A stretch of DNA of 64,000 bases from Patescibacteria group bacterium (GTDB lineage Bacteria; Patescibacteriota; Patescibacteriia; Patescibacteriales; JBAZCA01). The stretch covers positions 1,681 through 65,680 of the forward strand of contig JBAZUL010000006.1 of NCBI GenBank assembly GCA_041661405.1, written 5' to 3'. The position numbers and the translations under genes are program-made. Of this stretch, positions 44,536-55,244 are shown piece after piece. Positions within the stretch are counted from its first letter, which is position 1. Each line of letters starts with the position of its first letter. The notes beneath the pieces were generated by a model, which saw only the letters and a program-made list of their open reading frames with translations, had not been told where the DNA came from and searched no databases.

Positions 44536-46104
44536 ATGCCAAAAGACAAAAAATATAAAAATGTCCTTCCCATGATTCTAGTAATTTTGGACGGCTGGGG
44601 AATCGCTCCGGCTTCCAGGGGCAACGCCGTTACTCTTTCCCGGACGCCGGTGATGGACGCGATAACAAAAAAATATCCTTATACGCTCCTTAAAGCCAGC
44701 GGCCGGTCAGTCGGCCTTCCCCCGAAGCAACCCGGCAACTCGGAAGCCGGACACATGAACCTCGGCGCCGGAAGGGTTGTTAATCAGGACGCGGTAATAA
44801 TTTCCAAAAGCATAAACCAGGGAACGTTTTTTAAGAACCCGGCTTTTCTGGAGGCAATAAAAAATGTCCAGGAAAAAAAATCCAACCTCCATATCATGGG
44901 CATGCTTTCTAACGGAGAAAGCGCCCATAGCGATCCGGATCATCTTCTCGCGCTTCTTACTCTGGCTCGCCTGAAAAAAATCCATAACGTCTATCTGCAT
45001 TTGTTCACCGACGGCCGGGACTCGCCGAGATACGCCAGCCTGAAACTGATAGAAGACATTAAAAAAACCTTTAAGAACGGCGAAGCAATCGCGACTATAA
45101 TGGGCCGTTATTACGCCATGGACCGGAAAAAGAAATGGTCCAATACGGAAAAAGCCTATAACGCTTTGGTGCTTGGAAAAGGCAGAAAAGCCGGGTCGGC
45201 CGAAGCGGCCATCACCGAAAGCTATAACCGGGGGGACTCGGATGAGTTTATTGAGCCCTACGTCATCACCCATAAAGGCAAACCCTGGCCGAGGATCAGC
45301 GATAATGACAGTGTTATTTTTTTTAACCTTCGTTCGGACCGAGCCCGCCAGCTCGCCAAAACATTCGCGCAAAAACATTTTTGCGAAAAAAATTGTTCCT
45401 GCTTTATCCCGGCAAAAAGGCTTAAAGATATCATTTTTATTGCCATGACCGATTTTGGGCCGGATCTGGGAAATATTATTTCGGCATTTCCGGGCGCCGA
45501 TATTAAAGACACGCTTCCCATGGTCTTAAAAGATTTGAGCCAGGCTTATATCGCCGAAACCGAAAAGTACGCCCATGTCACCTATTTTTTTAACGGCGGC
45601 TATTCGGGAAAGGTTAACGGCGAAGAGCAGATCATGATTCCGTCGCCTGACGTTAAATCCTACGACAAGACACCGCTTATGAGTTCGGAGGCGCTTACCG
45701 ACGCCGTGCTTTTGAGTTTGAAAGAAAAAAAGTACGAGTTTACTGTTCTTAACCTGGCGGCTCCGGACATGATTGGGCATACCGGCAACTTGAAAGCCGG
45801 AATTGAATGCGTCGCCGGAGTGGATCGCTGTCTCGGGAAAATTATTGACGCTTACCGGAAAGCCGGCGGAACCGTCCTGGTTACCGCCGATCACGGCAAT
45901 ATTGAAGAGATGATCAACCTTGAAACCGGGGAGATTAATACCGAGCATAGTTCCAATCCCGTCCCTTTTGTCCTGGTGAGCGACAGCCTTAAAAAAACGG
46001 CGCTTAAATCCGGCCGGGCGCTCTCCGACATCGCGCCGACCGCGCTTAGCCTCTTAGAAATAAAAAAGCCCCCTTTAATGAAAGGGGAAAGTCTCATAAA
46101 ATAA
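44536..46104 (+). CDS. gpmI: 2,3-bisphosphoglycerate-independent phosphoglycerate mutase, copy 1
   Basis: LDGWG, GNSEAGHMNLG and TADHGN. ATG 44536 is preferred to TTG 44524. Confidence 0.9.
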   Translation: MPKDKKYKNVLPMILVILDGWGIAPASRGNAVTLSRTPVMDAITKKYPYTLLKASGRSVGLPPKQPGNSEAGHMNLGAGRVVNQDAVIISKSINQGTFFKNPAFLEAIKNVQEKKSNLHIMGMLSNGESAHSDPDHLLALLTLARLKKIHNVYLHLFTDGRDSPRYASLKLIEDIKKTFKNGEAIATIMGRYYAMDRKKKWSNTEKAYNALVLGKGRKAGSAEAAITESYNRGDSDEFIEPYVITHKGKPWPRISDNDSVIFFNLRSDRARQLAKTFAQKHFCEKNCSCFIPAKRLKDIIFIAMTDFGPDLGNIISAFPGADIKDTLPMVLKDLSQAYIAETEKYAHVTYFFNGGYSGKVNGEEQIMIPSPDVKSYDKTPLMSSEALTDAVLLSLKEKKYEFTVLNLAAPDMIGHTGNLKAGIECVAGVDRCLGKIIDAYRKAGGTVLVTADHGNIEEMINLETGEINTEHSSNPVPFVLVSDSLKKTALKSGRALSDIAPTALSLLEIKKPPLMKGESLIK

Positions 46105-46108
46105 TTTC

Positions 46109-47707
<1,599 letters not shown>

Positions 47708-47780
47708 TCTCCAATCTGCAATTATCAATCTACAATTGATGATGCGCAAAATGAGAGTAGATTGAAGATTGACTGATTGA

Positions 47781-48209
47781 TTATAGATAGTATCCGATTA
47801 CGCTCACGAAGAATCCGATGGCCGCGCCGGCTAAGACCTGGGCCGGGGTGTGGCCGATTTTTTCCAGAAGCCTCGGATAATTGCGATCCAGTAGATCGTC
47901 TTCTTTTAAATCCCGGACTAAAACGTTTAAGACTTTTCCCTGGTCGCCTAAGTATTGCCGGAGACCGAACGCGTCCCGAATAATAAAAATCGCGAGAAAA
48001 AAACTCAGGGCGAACGACGGCGAATAAAAGCCCTGTTCCAGTCCCATGATGGCGGCGAGCGATACGACAATGGCCGAATGCATGGAGGGCATGCCGGAAT
48101 AAGCGACAAGACTGCGCCAGTTCCATTTGTAGCGGTTGGAGGGGATGAATAATTTCGCCAGCTGGGCGATCGTGCCGGCAATCACCGGAAAGAGAAGGAT
48201 GTTGTACAT
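47781..48209 (-). CDS. Divergent PAP2 (DUF212) family membrane protein
   Basis: YSGMPSMHSA motif and 4 TM helices. This is the only convincing minus-strand gene. Confidence 0.75.
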   Translation of the reverse strand: MYNILLFPVIAGTIAQLAKLFIPSNRYKWNWRSLVAYSGMPSMHSAIVVSLAAIMGLEQGFYSPSFALSFFLAIFIIRDAFGLRQYLGDQGKVLNVLVRDLKEDDLLDRNYPRLLEKIGHTPAQVLAGAAIGFFVSVIGYYL

Positions 48210-48218
48210 AATTATTTA

Positions 48219-48316
48219 GAACTGGCTGGCATTTTAAGTTTTTTCACTGCGGAAATGTCCCGCCCTTCGCGAAGGGCGGGATCCTCGCTTCAAAAACTTA
48301 AAATACCAGCCAGTTC
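48219..48316. repeat. Nested inverted repeat (25-nt outer arms, perfect 24-nt GC-rich inner palindrome)
   Basis: gaactggctggcattttaagttttt (48219..48243) pairs with aaaaacttaaaataccagccagttc (48292..48316) with 1 mismatch. The inner palindrome tcccgcccttcgcgaagggcggga is at 48258..48281. Confidence 0.9.
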
Positions 48317-48377
48317 TTGGGTTAATGTGTCCTTGTATATTATATCATAATATCTGAAAAACACGCCATGGTCTTAA

Positions 48378-48405
48378 TTGAAAATTTTATTAAATCAGCT
48401 ATAAT
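48378..48405 (+). promoter_or_regulatory. Putative promoter TTGAAA-16-TATAAT placed for a leaderless mltG mRNA
   Basis: The -10 at 48400..48405 ends 6 nt before ATG 48412. No SD is possible. Confidence 0.45.
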
Positions 48406-48411
48406 AGAATT

Positions 48412-49467
48412 ATGCTTAAAAAAATATTTTTAATTATTATCATTGCTACCGCCGTATTTTTCGGCCTGGCCTGGAAAAAATTAAATAATCCGGCCGATCC
48501 GGACGGCGCGGACCGGATCTTTACGGTGAGCGCGGGCGAAGGCACCAACCAAATCAGCGACAATTTATTCGGCCAAAAATTGATTAAATCAAAACTGGCT
48601 TTTGAAACTTACGTTTGGGCCCGGGGCTGGGAAGGGACGATTAAGGCCGGAGAGCACACGCTCAGCCCGAAATTAAATATCCGGGAAATCGCGCAATCGC
48701 TCGTCAGCGGCAACACAATTTCCAGCGAAGAAAAAATAATTGTCAAAGAAGGCTGGAATATTGGGGATATTGATAGTTATTTAAGCGAAAAAAACATTTT
48801 AGCTTCCGGTGAGTTTAAGAACGTAGTTGACAAAATCTCCAATTTCCCCGCCCGAGACGGATCCGCCCCGGGCGGACAATCTTCAATTCCCAAATCCTAT
48901 ATTTTTTTAAATGCTCTTTCGGAAAATACCAGCCTTGAAGGTTATTTATTTCCTGACACCTATCGCGTTTTTAAGAATTCTTCGGCCGAAGAAATTGCCG
49001 GGAAAATGCTCGCTAATTTTGACCGGAAGCTTAATCCGGAATTGCGGGTCGAAATTGAAAGACAGGGAAAAAGCGTCCATGAAATAATCACCATGGCTTC
49101 GCTCATAGAAAAGGAAGTCCGGGCGACGGAAGACATGAAAATCGTTTCCGGGATTTTCTGGAACCGGATTAATAACGGCCAGGCGCTCCAGTCCTGCGCC
49201 ACGCTGGCTTATGTTCTTGGGGTCAATAAGCCCCAGTACAGCGAAGCGGACACAAAAATAGATTCCCCTTATAATACTTATCAAAACAAAGGCTTGCCGC
49301 CCGGGCCGATCGCCAATCCCGGAATGAACGCGATTAAGGCGGCGATTTATCCGACTGCTAACGATTATAACTTTTTTCTTACCGCCGAAGTAAACGGCGA
49401 AAGCAAAACCATCTATTCAAGAACTTTTGAAGAGCACGTCCGGAATAAGGGGATTTACCTTAAATAG
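48412..49467 (+). CDS. mltG: Endolytic murein transglycosylase MltG (YceG-like)
   Basis: N-terminal TM helix and YNTYQNKGLPPGPIANPG. Confidence 0.9.
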   Translation: MLKKIFLIIIIATAVFFGLAWKKLNNPADPDGADRIFTVSAGEGTNQISDNLFGQKLIKSKLAFETYVWARGWEGTIKAGEHTLSPKLNIREIAQSLVSGNTISSEEKIIVKEGWNIGDIDSYLSEKNILASGEFKNVVDKISNFPARDGSAPGGQSSIPKSYIFLNALSENTSLEGYLFPDTYRVFKNSSAEEIAGKMLANFDRKLNPELRVEIERQGKSVHEIITMASLIEKEVRATEDMKIVSGIFWNRINNGQALQSCATLAYVLGVNKPQYSEADTKIDSPYNTYQNKGLPPGPIANPGMNAIKAAIYPTANDYNFFLTAEVNGESKTIYSRTFEEHVRNKGIYLK

Positions 49468-49539
49468 GATTTAAGGCATTTCCTATAATCAGGCGGTTCG
49501 GTTTGTGGTTTTAAACCTCCCTATGTTATAATAACGCAT

Positions 49540-51840
49540 ATGAAGATGAAATTTTTCATCGGTTTTTTAATGGTGGCAAGCATCTTCGCGATGCCTGCCG
49601 GTTTTAGCGTTTTTGGCATCCGCGCCGGGAAAGGAAAAGACGTGTTTTTAAAACCGGCAATCGCGGCCGCGGCCGGCGGCAATACGCAACCGGGTAAGGC
49701 CGAATATGAAGACCATGAAATAATCGTTAAATTTAGAAGCGCCGAAAAGCCGGTAAAAGTCTTTTTGGCCCCGGACGAAAAATTGAAAGACGCGATAGAG
49801 GAATATGAAAAAAAACCCGGCGTGGAATACGCCGAATTGAATTATAAATACCGGGCTTCCATCATCCCTTCGGATACTTATTACGGCGAGCAGTGGTATT
49901 TAAAAAAAATAAAAGCTCAGGAGGCCTGGGACCTTAAGCGGGAAAGCCCGAACGTCGTCATCGCGATCATTGATTCCGGAGTCCAGATCAGCCATCCGGA
50001 TTTAAAGGAAAATATTTGGGCCAATAGCGGTGAAATTCCCGCCAACGGGATTGACGATGACCGCGACGGTTATATTGATGATATTAATGGCTGGGATTTT
50101 GTCAATAACGAGGCTGATCCTTCGCCAAAATTTCAGGAAGGCTTTACGGAAGGCGGGATTAACCACGGGACCATTGTCGCGGGAATCGCGGCCGCTTCCG
50201 GAAATAACGCCACGGGCATTGCCGGAGTTACCTGGAGAGCGAAAATAATGCCTTTAAAAGTTTTAGGGGACGCCGGCGAAGGGTCAACCCTGAATGTTGT
50301 CCGCGCTATAGATTACGCGATAAAGAAAGGCGCTAATATCCTTAATTTCAGTTTTGTCGGTTTCGGCTACAGCGAAGCTTTGAATGAAGCTATTGGCCGG
50401 GCGCACGCGGCCGGCCTTATTATCGTGGCGGCGGCCGGTAACGAGTCTGACGATGGAGAAGGGTATTTTTTAGACGACACTCCCATGTATCCGGTCTGCC
50501 ACGACGGTCCGGCCGGTAAAAATTGGATAATCGGCGTGGCGGCGGTTGACGCGATAGACCAAAAATCAAAATTTTCCAGCTACGGATTTAAGTGCATTGA
50601 CATAGCCGCGCCGGGCGAGAGCGTTTTCGGAACAGTGGTTTACGCTCCGGAAAAATCAATCGGCGAAAAGAGCTTTAATAAATATTATGACGGCTATTGG
50701 TCCGGAACATCAGTAGCCGCGCCTCAAGTTTCCGGCGCTATTTCTTTACTGCTTGAAGCCGATTACGAGTTGGGGAGAGACAAAATAATCGCGCTACTGC
50801 TTGATAACAGCGATAACATCAGCCGGGTCAATCCGGCGCACCTCGGCCAGCTTGGCCGGGGGCGGCTGAATGTCCTGAATTCAATGCGAATGGCGCTTTC
50901 GGGAGTGAGCGCTTTTAAAGGCGGAATCATGAGCGTCCCTTTTTCCGGCGCCGAGGCCAGCCTGAAAATTTCCGATAAGGACGGAAAAATAGAAGCTGAT
51001 TTTCCGGTTTTTGATCCGCTTTTCCGCGGCGGGGCGAATGTTACCGGCGGAGACATTGACGGCGACGGAAAAGATGAAATAATCGTTGGCCCTGGATCGG
51101 GCGGCGGACCGCATGTCCGGATTTTTTCCGCTGACGGAAAAGTCAGAGGACAGTTTTTCGCCTATGACAGCCGGTTTAGGGGCGGAGTGAATGTCGCGGC
51201 CGGAGACATTGACGCTGACGGAAAAGATGAAATAATCGTTGGCGCAGGACCGGGCGGCGGACCGCATGTCCGGATTTTTTCCGCTGACGGAAAAGTCAGA
51301 GGACAGTTTTTCGCCTATGACAGCCGGTTTAGGGGCGGAGTGAATGTCGCGGCCGGAGACGTTGACGGCGACGGAAAAGATGAAATAATCGTTGGCGCAG
51401 GACCGGGCGGCGGACCGCATGTCCGGATTTTTTCCGCTGACGGAAAAGTCAGGGGACAGTTTTTCGCCTATGACAGCCGGTTTAGGGGCGGAGTAAGAGT
51501 GGCGGCGGGGAACGTTTATAATTCAGCCCGCAAATTCGGCGACCAGATTATAACCGCTCCCGGTTCCGGACTTATCGCGGAGATTAAAATTTTTGATAAT
51601 AAAGCCGGTCTTTTAAGCCGTTTTAACGCTTTTAACAGTTATTTTCGCGGCGGAATAAGCGTTTCGGCCGGCGACCTGGACGCCGACGGCCGGAGCGAAA
51701 TAATCGCCGGCGCCGGACCGGGCGGCGCGCCCCACATCCGTTCTTTTGATTCGGATGGCAATCTTTTCGGCTCCTATTACGCGCTGGCGGCTGATTTTAA
51801 CAAAGGGGTGAACGCGGGATACGTTAAGATCGGGAAATGA
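49540..51840 (+). CDS. Secreted subtilisin-like (S8) protease with C-terminal FG-GAP/VCBS-like beta-propeller repeats
   Basis: Triad contexts IDSGV, HGTIVAGI and GTSVAAPQVSG. The 51-aa repeats read GDIDGDGKDEIIVGxGxGGGPHVRIFSADGK...FRGGVNVAAGD. Confidence 0.85.
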   Translation: MKMKFFIGFLMVASIFAMPAGFSVFGIRAGKGKDVFLKPAIAAAAGGNTQPGKAEYEDHEIIVKFRSAEKPVKVFLAPDEKLKDAIEEYEKKPGVEYAELNYKYRASIIPSDTYYGEQWYLKKIKAQEAWDLKRESPNVVIAIIDSGVQISHPDLKENIWANSGEIPANGIDDDRDGYIDDINGWDFVNNEADPSPKFQEGFTEGGINHGTIVAGIAAASGNNATGIAGVTWRAKIMPLKVLGDAGEGSTLNVVRAIDYAIKKGANILNFSFVGFGYSEALNEAIGRAHAAGLIIVAAAGNESDDGEGYFLDDTPMYPVCHDGPAGKNWIIGVAAVDAIDQKSKFSSYGFKCIDIAAPGESVFGTVVYAPEKSIGEKSFNKYYDGYWSGTSVAAPQVSGAISLLLEADYELGRDKIIALLLDNSDNISRVNPAHLGQLGRGRLNVLNSMRMALSGVSAFKGGIMSVPFSGAEASLKISDKDGKIEADFPVFDPLFRGGANVTGGDIDGDGKDEIIVGPGSGGGPHVRIFSADGKVRGQFFAYDSRFRGGVNVAAGDIDADGKDEIIVGAGPGGGPHVRIFSADGKVRGQFFAYDSRFRGGVNVAAGDVDGDGKDEIIVGAGPGGGPHVRIFSADGKVRGQFFAYDSRFRGGVRVAAGNVYNSARKFGDQIITAPGSGLIAEIKIFDNKAGLLSRFNAFNSYFRGGISVSAGDLDADGRSEIIAGAGPGGAPHIRSFDSDGNLFGSYYALAADFNKGVNAGYVKIGK
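51049..51507 (+). repeat. Three near-identical 153-bp tandem repeats inside the S8 protease gene
   Basis: Units start at 51049, 51202 and 51355 (ggagacattgac...). They differ at only a handful of positions. Confidence 0.9.
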
Positions 51841-51884
51841 ATTTTTAAATTATAAATTTTAATTAAATTTTAAATTATCTGCAT

Positions 51885-52898
51885 ATGTCCCATCGCGCGA
51901 TATTCGGCAAGAAAAATATTTTAGTGGCCGGCGGCGCCGGCTTTATCGGCTCCCATCTTTGCGAAGAGCTTATTAAAAACGCCAAGGTTATCTGCCTGGA
52001 TAATTTTTCGACCGGGGATGAAAGGAACATTGACCATCTTTTATCCAATCCGGATTTTGAATTTGTCCGCCACGACATTACCGAACCGCTTGAGCTTGAA
52101 AGCCTGCCGGAATTGGAGAAATTCAGGATTAAATTCCAGGGCGTCCAGGAAATTTACAACTTGGCTTGCCCGGTATCGCCGAAGAATTTCGCGGAAAACA
52201 AGCTGGCCATGCTGATTGCCAACTCCTACGGGACGAAAAACCTCCTGGATCTCGCGATAAAGCACGGCGCGAAATTCATCCAGTTTTCCTCATCCGTCGT
52301 TTACGGCCAAAGCCGGGGATCCGGGGAAAAAATCAGCGAGGACGACCTTGGACAGGTGGACGCGGTCTCTTCCCGCAGTTCCCATGAAGAAGGAAAAAGG
52401 TTTTCCGAGACGCTAGTCGCCAATTACCGCGAAATCCACGGCCTGGATACAAAAATCATCCGGGTGTTCCGGACTTACGGCCCGAGAATGAGATTAAACG
52501 ACGGGCACATGATTCCCGATTTTATCGTTAACGCCTTGGACGGAAAAGACCTCGTCATCCACGGCGGCGAAGATTTTGCTTCTTCGTTCTGCTATGTTTC
52601 CGACTTGGTTGACGGGGTGATTAAGATTGCCGAATCCGGGATGAACGTGCCGGTTAACCTTGGATCGGAGATTGAAGTTAAGTTCCGCGAAGTGGCGGAA
52701 AAAATTATCAAGGCGCTTGATTCGGGTTCCAAAATAACTTATGATGATTCAATTAAATACCTTACTCCGGCCTGCCTGCCGGATACTTCGCGCGCCCGCC
52801 AGGAGTTCGGCTGGCTGCCGGTCGTTACGCTTAACAAAGGCATTGAAAAAACCATTGATGATTTAAGGGCGAGCAAAGGACTTTTGCGGGCGGGATAA
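51885..52898 (+). CDS. UDP-glucuronate decarboxylase-like extended SDR (NAD-dependent epimerase/dehydratase family)
   Basis: VAGGAGFIGSHLCEEL Rossmann motif. Close overall resemblance to UXS/RmlB-type enzymes. Confidence 0.75.
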   Translation: MSHRAIFGKKNILVAGGAGFIGSHLCEELIKNAKVICLDNFSTGDERNIDHLLSNPDFEFVRHDITEPLELESLPELEKFRIKFQGVQEIYNLACPVSPKNFAENKLAMLIANSYGTKNLLDLAIKHGAKFIQFSSSVVYGQSRGSGEKISEDDLGQVDAVSSRSSHEEGKRFSETLVANYREIHGLDTKIIRVFRTYGPRMRLNDGHMIPDFIVNALDGKDLVIHGGEDFASSFCYVSDLVDGVIKIAESGMNVPVNLGSEIEVKFREVAEKIIKALDSGSKITYDDSIKYLTPACLPDTSRARQEFGWLPVVTLNKGIEKTIDDLRASKGLLRAG

Positions 52899-52913
52899 GC
52901 TCATGATTAATCT

Positions 52914-53576
52914 ATGAAAGTATTTTGTGTCATCCCCGCTTTTAACGAAGAGGAAACAATCGTGGAAGTAATAAAATCCGTCAAGCCGTTCGCGGACGGA
53001 GTGATTATCGTTGACGACGGTTCGGTTGACAAGACTTTTGAGCTGGCTAAGGCTCAGGGGGTTATCGCGCTTAAACATGTAATTAACCGCGGCCAGGGCG
53101 CCGCCTTAGAGACCGGCAACCGATACGCTATAAAAAAAGGCGCGGACATTATCGTCCATTTTGACGCCGACGGGCAATTTTCAGCCGAAGAAATAAATGA
53201 GCTTGCTTCTCTGATAAAATCCGGGCAGGCGGATATTGTTTTTGGTTCGCGGTTTTTAGGCCGGGAATCCAACATGCCGGCTTTTAAAAAACTGATTATA
53301 ATGCCTTTGGCCAGGTTTATGAACCGGATATTATTCGGGGCGGATTTAAGCGATCCCCAATGCGGCTTCCGGGCGATGAGTGCCAAAGCCGTCCGGGAAA
53401 TCCGGATAAAAAACGACGGTATGGCTCACTGCTCGGAAATAATCGGCAAAGCTTTTCGCTCCGGCCTGAAAATAAAAGAAGCGCCGATAACGGTCGTTTA
53501 CCGCGAGTTCGGCCAGAACATGTCCGGCGGAATAAGGATTATAAAGGATTTGATATATTCAAAATTCATCGGATGA
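52914..53576 (+). CDS. Family-2 glycosyltransferase (polyprenyl-phosphate sugar transferase-like)
   Basis: VIPAFNEEETI, IIVDDGSVDKT and FDADGQF. Confidence 0.8.
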   Translation: MKVFCVIPAFNEEETIVEVIKSVKPFADGVIIVDDGSVDKTFELAKAQGVIALKHVINRGQGAALETGNRYAIKKGADIIVHFDADGQFSAEEINELASLIKSGQADIVFGSRFLGRESNMPAFKKLIIMPLARFMNRILFGADLSDPQCGFRAMSAKAVREIRIKNDGMAHCSEIIGKAFRSGLKIKEAPITVVYREFGQNMSGGIRIIKDLIYSKFIG

Positions 53577-53580
53577 AAAT

Positions 53581-53907
53581 ATGATCCAACAAATTTTAGC
53601 GATTGCCGTCATCCTTTTTTTCATCGCGCGGCTTTATTGGCAGAGGAAAAAGGACGAGATAAGCCGGGCGGAGCTTTCATTCTGGCTGGCTTTTTTTCTT
53701 TTAGCCGGGCTGGCGATTGTTTTCATAAAATATATTGACGAGTTCGTCGCCGGTCTCGGATTTTCCGCCACCGGCATCAACGTCCTTTTTTACGCCGCCG
53801 TGGTTCTTCTTTTTTACGTTGTTTTCCGCCTGCGCCTCCGCCAGGAAAAAATAGAAAGGAACATAACGAAAATCGTCCGCGAAATCGCGCTGAAGGGGAA
53901 GGAGTAG
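53581..53907 (+). CDS. Small membrane protein (DUF2304-like)
   Basis: 108 aa, 3 TM helices, in the typical position after a GT2 gene. Confidence 0.55.
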   Translation: MIQQILAIAVILFFIARLYWQRKKDEISRAELSFWLAFFLLAGLAIVFIKYIDEFVAGLGFSATGINVLFYAAVVLLFYVVFRLRLRQEKIERNITKIVREIALKGKE

Positions 53908-53942
53908 GGGGTTGAATATTACCTGGTTTCAGTAAAAGCGCT

Positions 53943-54611
53943 ATGAAAAACACCATCAAAAACCAAATAATCATATATGAAGGCGATGATGGACAATCTC
54001 ATGTAGAGGTTAGGTTTGAAGGTGAAACAGCTTGGCTTTCGCAACGACAAATGTCGGAGCTTTTTGATTGTACTCCGGAAAATATATTATTGCATCTTAA
54101 AAATGTTTTTGAAAGCGGTGAATTAGATGAAAGGGCAACTGCTAAGGAATCCTTAGTAGTTCAAAAAGAAGGAAATAGAGCCGTAAATAGAACCATAAAA
54201 TTTTATAATTTGGATGTCATAATTTCCATAGGTTACCGCATAAATTCTTTGCGTGGGACGCAATTTCGAATTTGGGCAACGCAAAAAATCAAAGAGTATA
54301 TTATCAAAGGTTTTACGATCGATTCGGATCGATTAAAAAATCTTGGCGGCGGGAATTACTGGAAAGAATTGCTTGACGAGATTCGAGATATCCGTAGCAG
54401 TGAAAAGGTGCTTTATCGCCAAGTGCTGGATTTGTATGCGACCGCTATTGATTACGATCCGCAAGCCAGCGAGTCTTTTGAGTTTTTTAAAACCGTTCAA
54501 AACAAACTTCATTTTGCGGCTCACGGGCATACGGCGGCAGAAGTTATTGTATTGGCCGGGCAGGGGAGGGAAAAGTTCAGCCAGGCGGTTCATCGCAGAA
54601 TCGCGCTGTAG
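53943..54611 (+). pseudogene. RhuM-family protein, 3'-truncated
   Basis: IIIYEGDDGQSHVEVRFEGETAWLSQRQMSELF...FRIWAT...HGHTAAEVI matches RhuM. After that point the sequence turns unrelated and stops, about 100 aa short of the length I recall for the family. Confidence 0.6.
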
Positions 54612-54642
54612 CTGATTTTTCAACGGCTCGCAGGAAACGGCC

Positions 54643-54666
54643 GATGAGCCGTTGAAGGGAGCGAGT
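54643..54666 (+). repeat. 24-nt junction motif GATGAGCCGTTGAAGGGAGCGAGT, copy A
   Basis: Identical to 55599..55622. There are 3 differences from 59485..59508. Confidence 0.9.
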
Positions 54667-54890
54667 TTCTAAAAGCAGCTTGTTTTTCGGACGTTGTTTT
54701 GCTACTATTTTAATAGTAGAGGACGGGCTGGCTAGACGCCTTATATGGAATAAAACTCCCGCCGGAGTTTCCCGCTTTTTTATCTTGGCCGGCTCGCCAA
54801 TGAAAAAGCTGATTTTATTTTGTAAATATTCGGGGTATTTCACTTCGCTGAATCATTTCAGGGATATGAGATCGTCCCAAAAAGGGAGTT

Positions 54891-55244
54891 ATGAAATTAG
54901 TGGATAGAAAAATCCCGGTTCACGAGCTTAAAGAAATGGCCTCAAAGATGTACGGAGATCTGGTTAAGGCCGTAGTTGACATTGAAAAAGAAATTATGTC
55001 AGTAGACGCGGAGCTCCATGCCGACGAAGAAAAGTTTTTACTGGAGAACGGGTCAAAGCAGGAAAATTTGTGGGGAATTAATTTGTATCCGGATACTAAA
55101 GGGGAAAATTTTTTAGAATACGACTCCATGATAAATCTGCGGCCGTCTCAGGGCAACCGCAGCCGGGGAGTGGATGATGAAAAGATAAGGGAAAGGATAC
55201 GGGAGGTCGTTCATAAACTAATTGAAAATGGCATACCAGCATAA
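54891..55244 (+). CDS. Conserved hypothetical (resembles DUF5674-type proteins, from memory)
   Basis: 117-aa ORF with blocks VDAELHADEE...LWGINLYPD...INLRPSQGNRSRG. Confidence 0.45.
   Translation: MKLVDRKIPVHELKEMASKMYGDLVKAVVDIEKEIMSVDAELHADEEKFLLENGSKQENLWGINLYPDTKGENFLEYDSMINLRPSQGNRSRGVDDEKIRERIREVVHKLIENGIPA

Noticed and set aside
44707-45378. 223-aa minus-strand ORF
   Set aside because: It lies inside gpmI copy 1, which has intact family motifs.
47725-47765. Hairpin tcaatctac / gtagattga between convergent gpmI-2 and the PAP2-like gene, considered as a bidirectional terminator
   Set aside because: The 9-bp AT-rich stem has a 23-nt loop and no flanking T/A runs, which is too weak to call.
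47725-48126. 133-aa minus-strand ORF overlapping 47781..48209 in another frame
   Set aside because: The 142-aa frame carries the PAP2/DUF212 motif YSGMPSMHSA and TM helices. The alternative frame is Arg-rich with no motif.
50881-51420. 179-aa minus-strand ORF with internal repeats
   Set aside because: It is a mirror image of the 153-bp FG-GAP repeats in the S8 protease gene.
54577-54907. Tracked ORFs 54680..54907 (+) and 54577..54843 (-) as genes
   Set aside because: They have no motifs, overlap each other and hairpin elements, and lie in a spacer next to a truncated gene.
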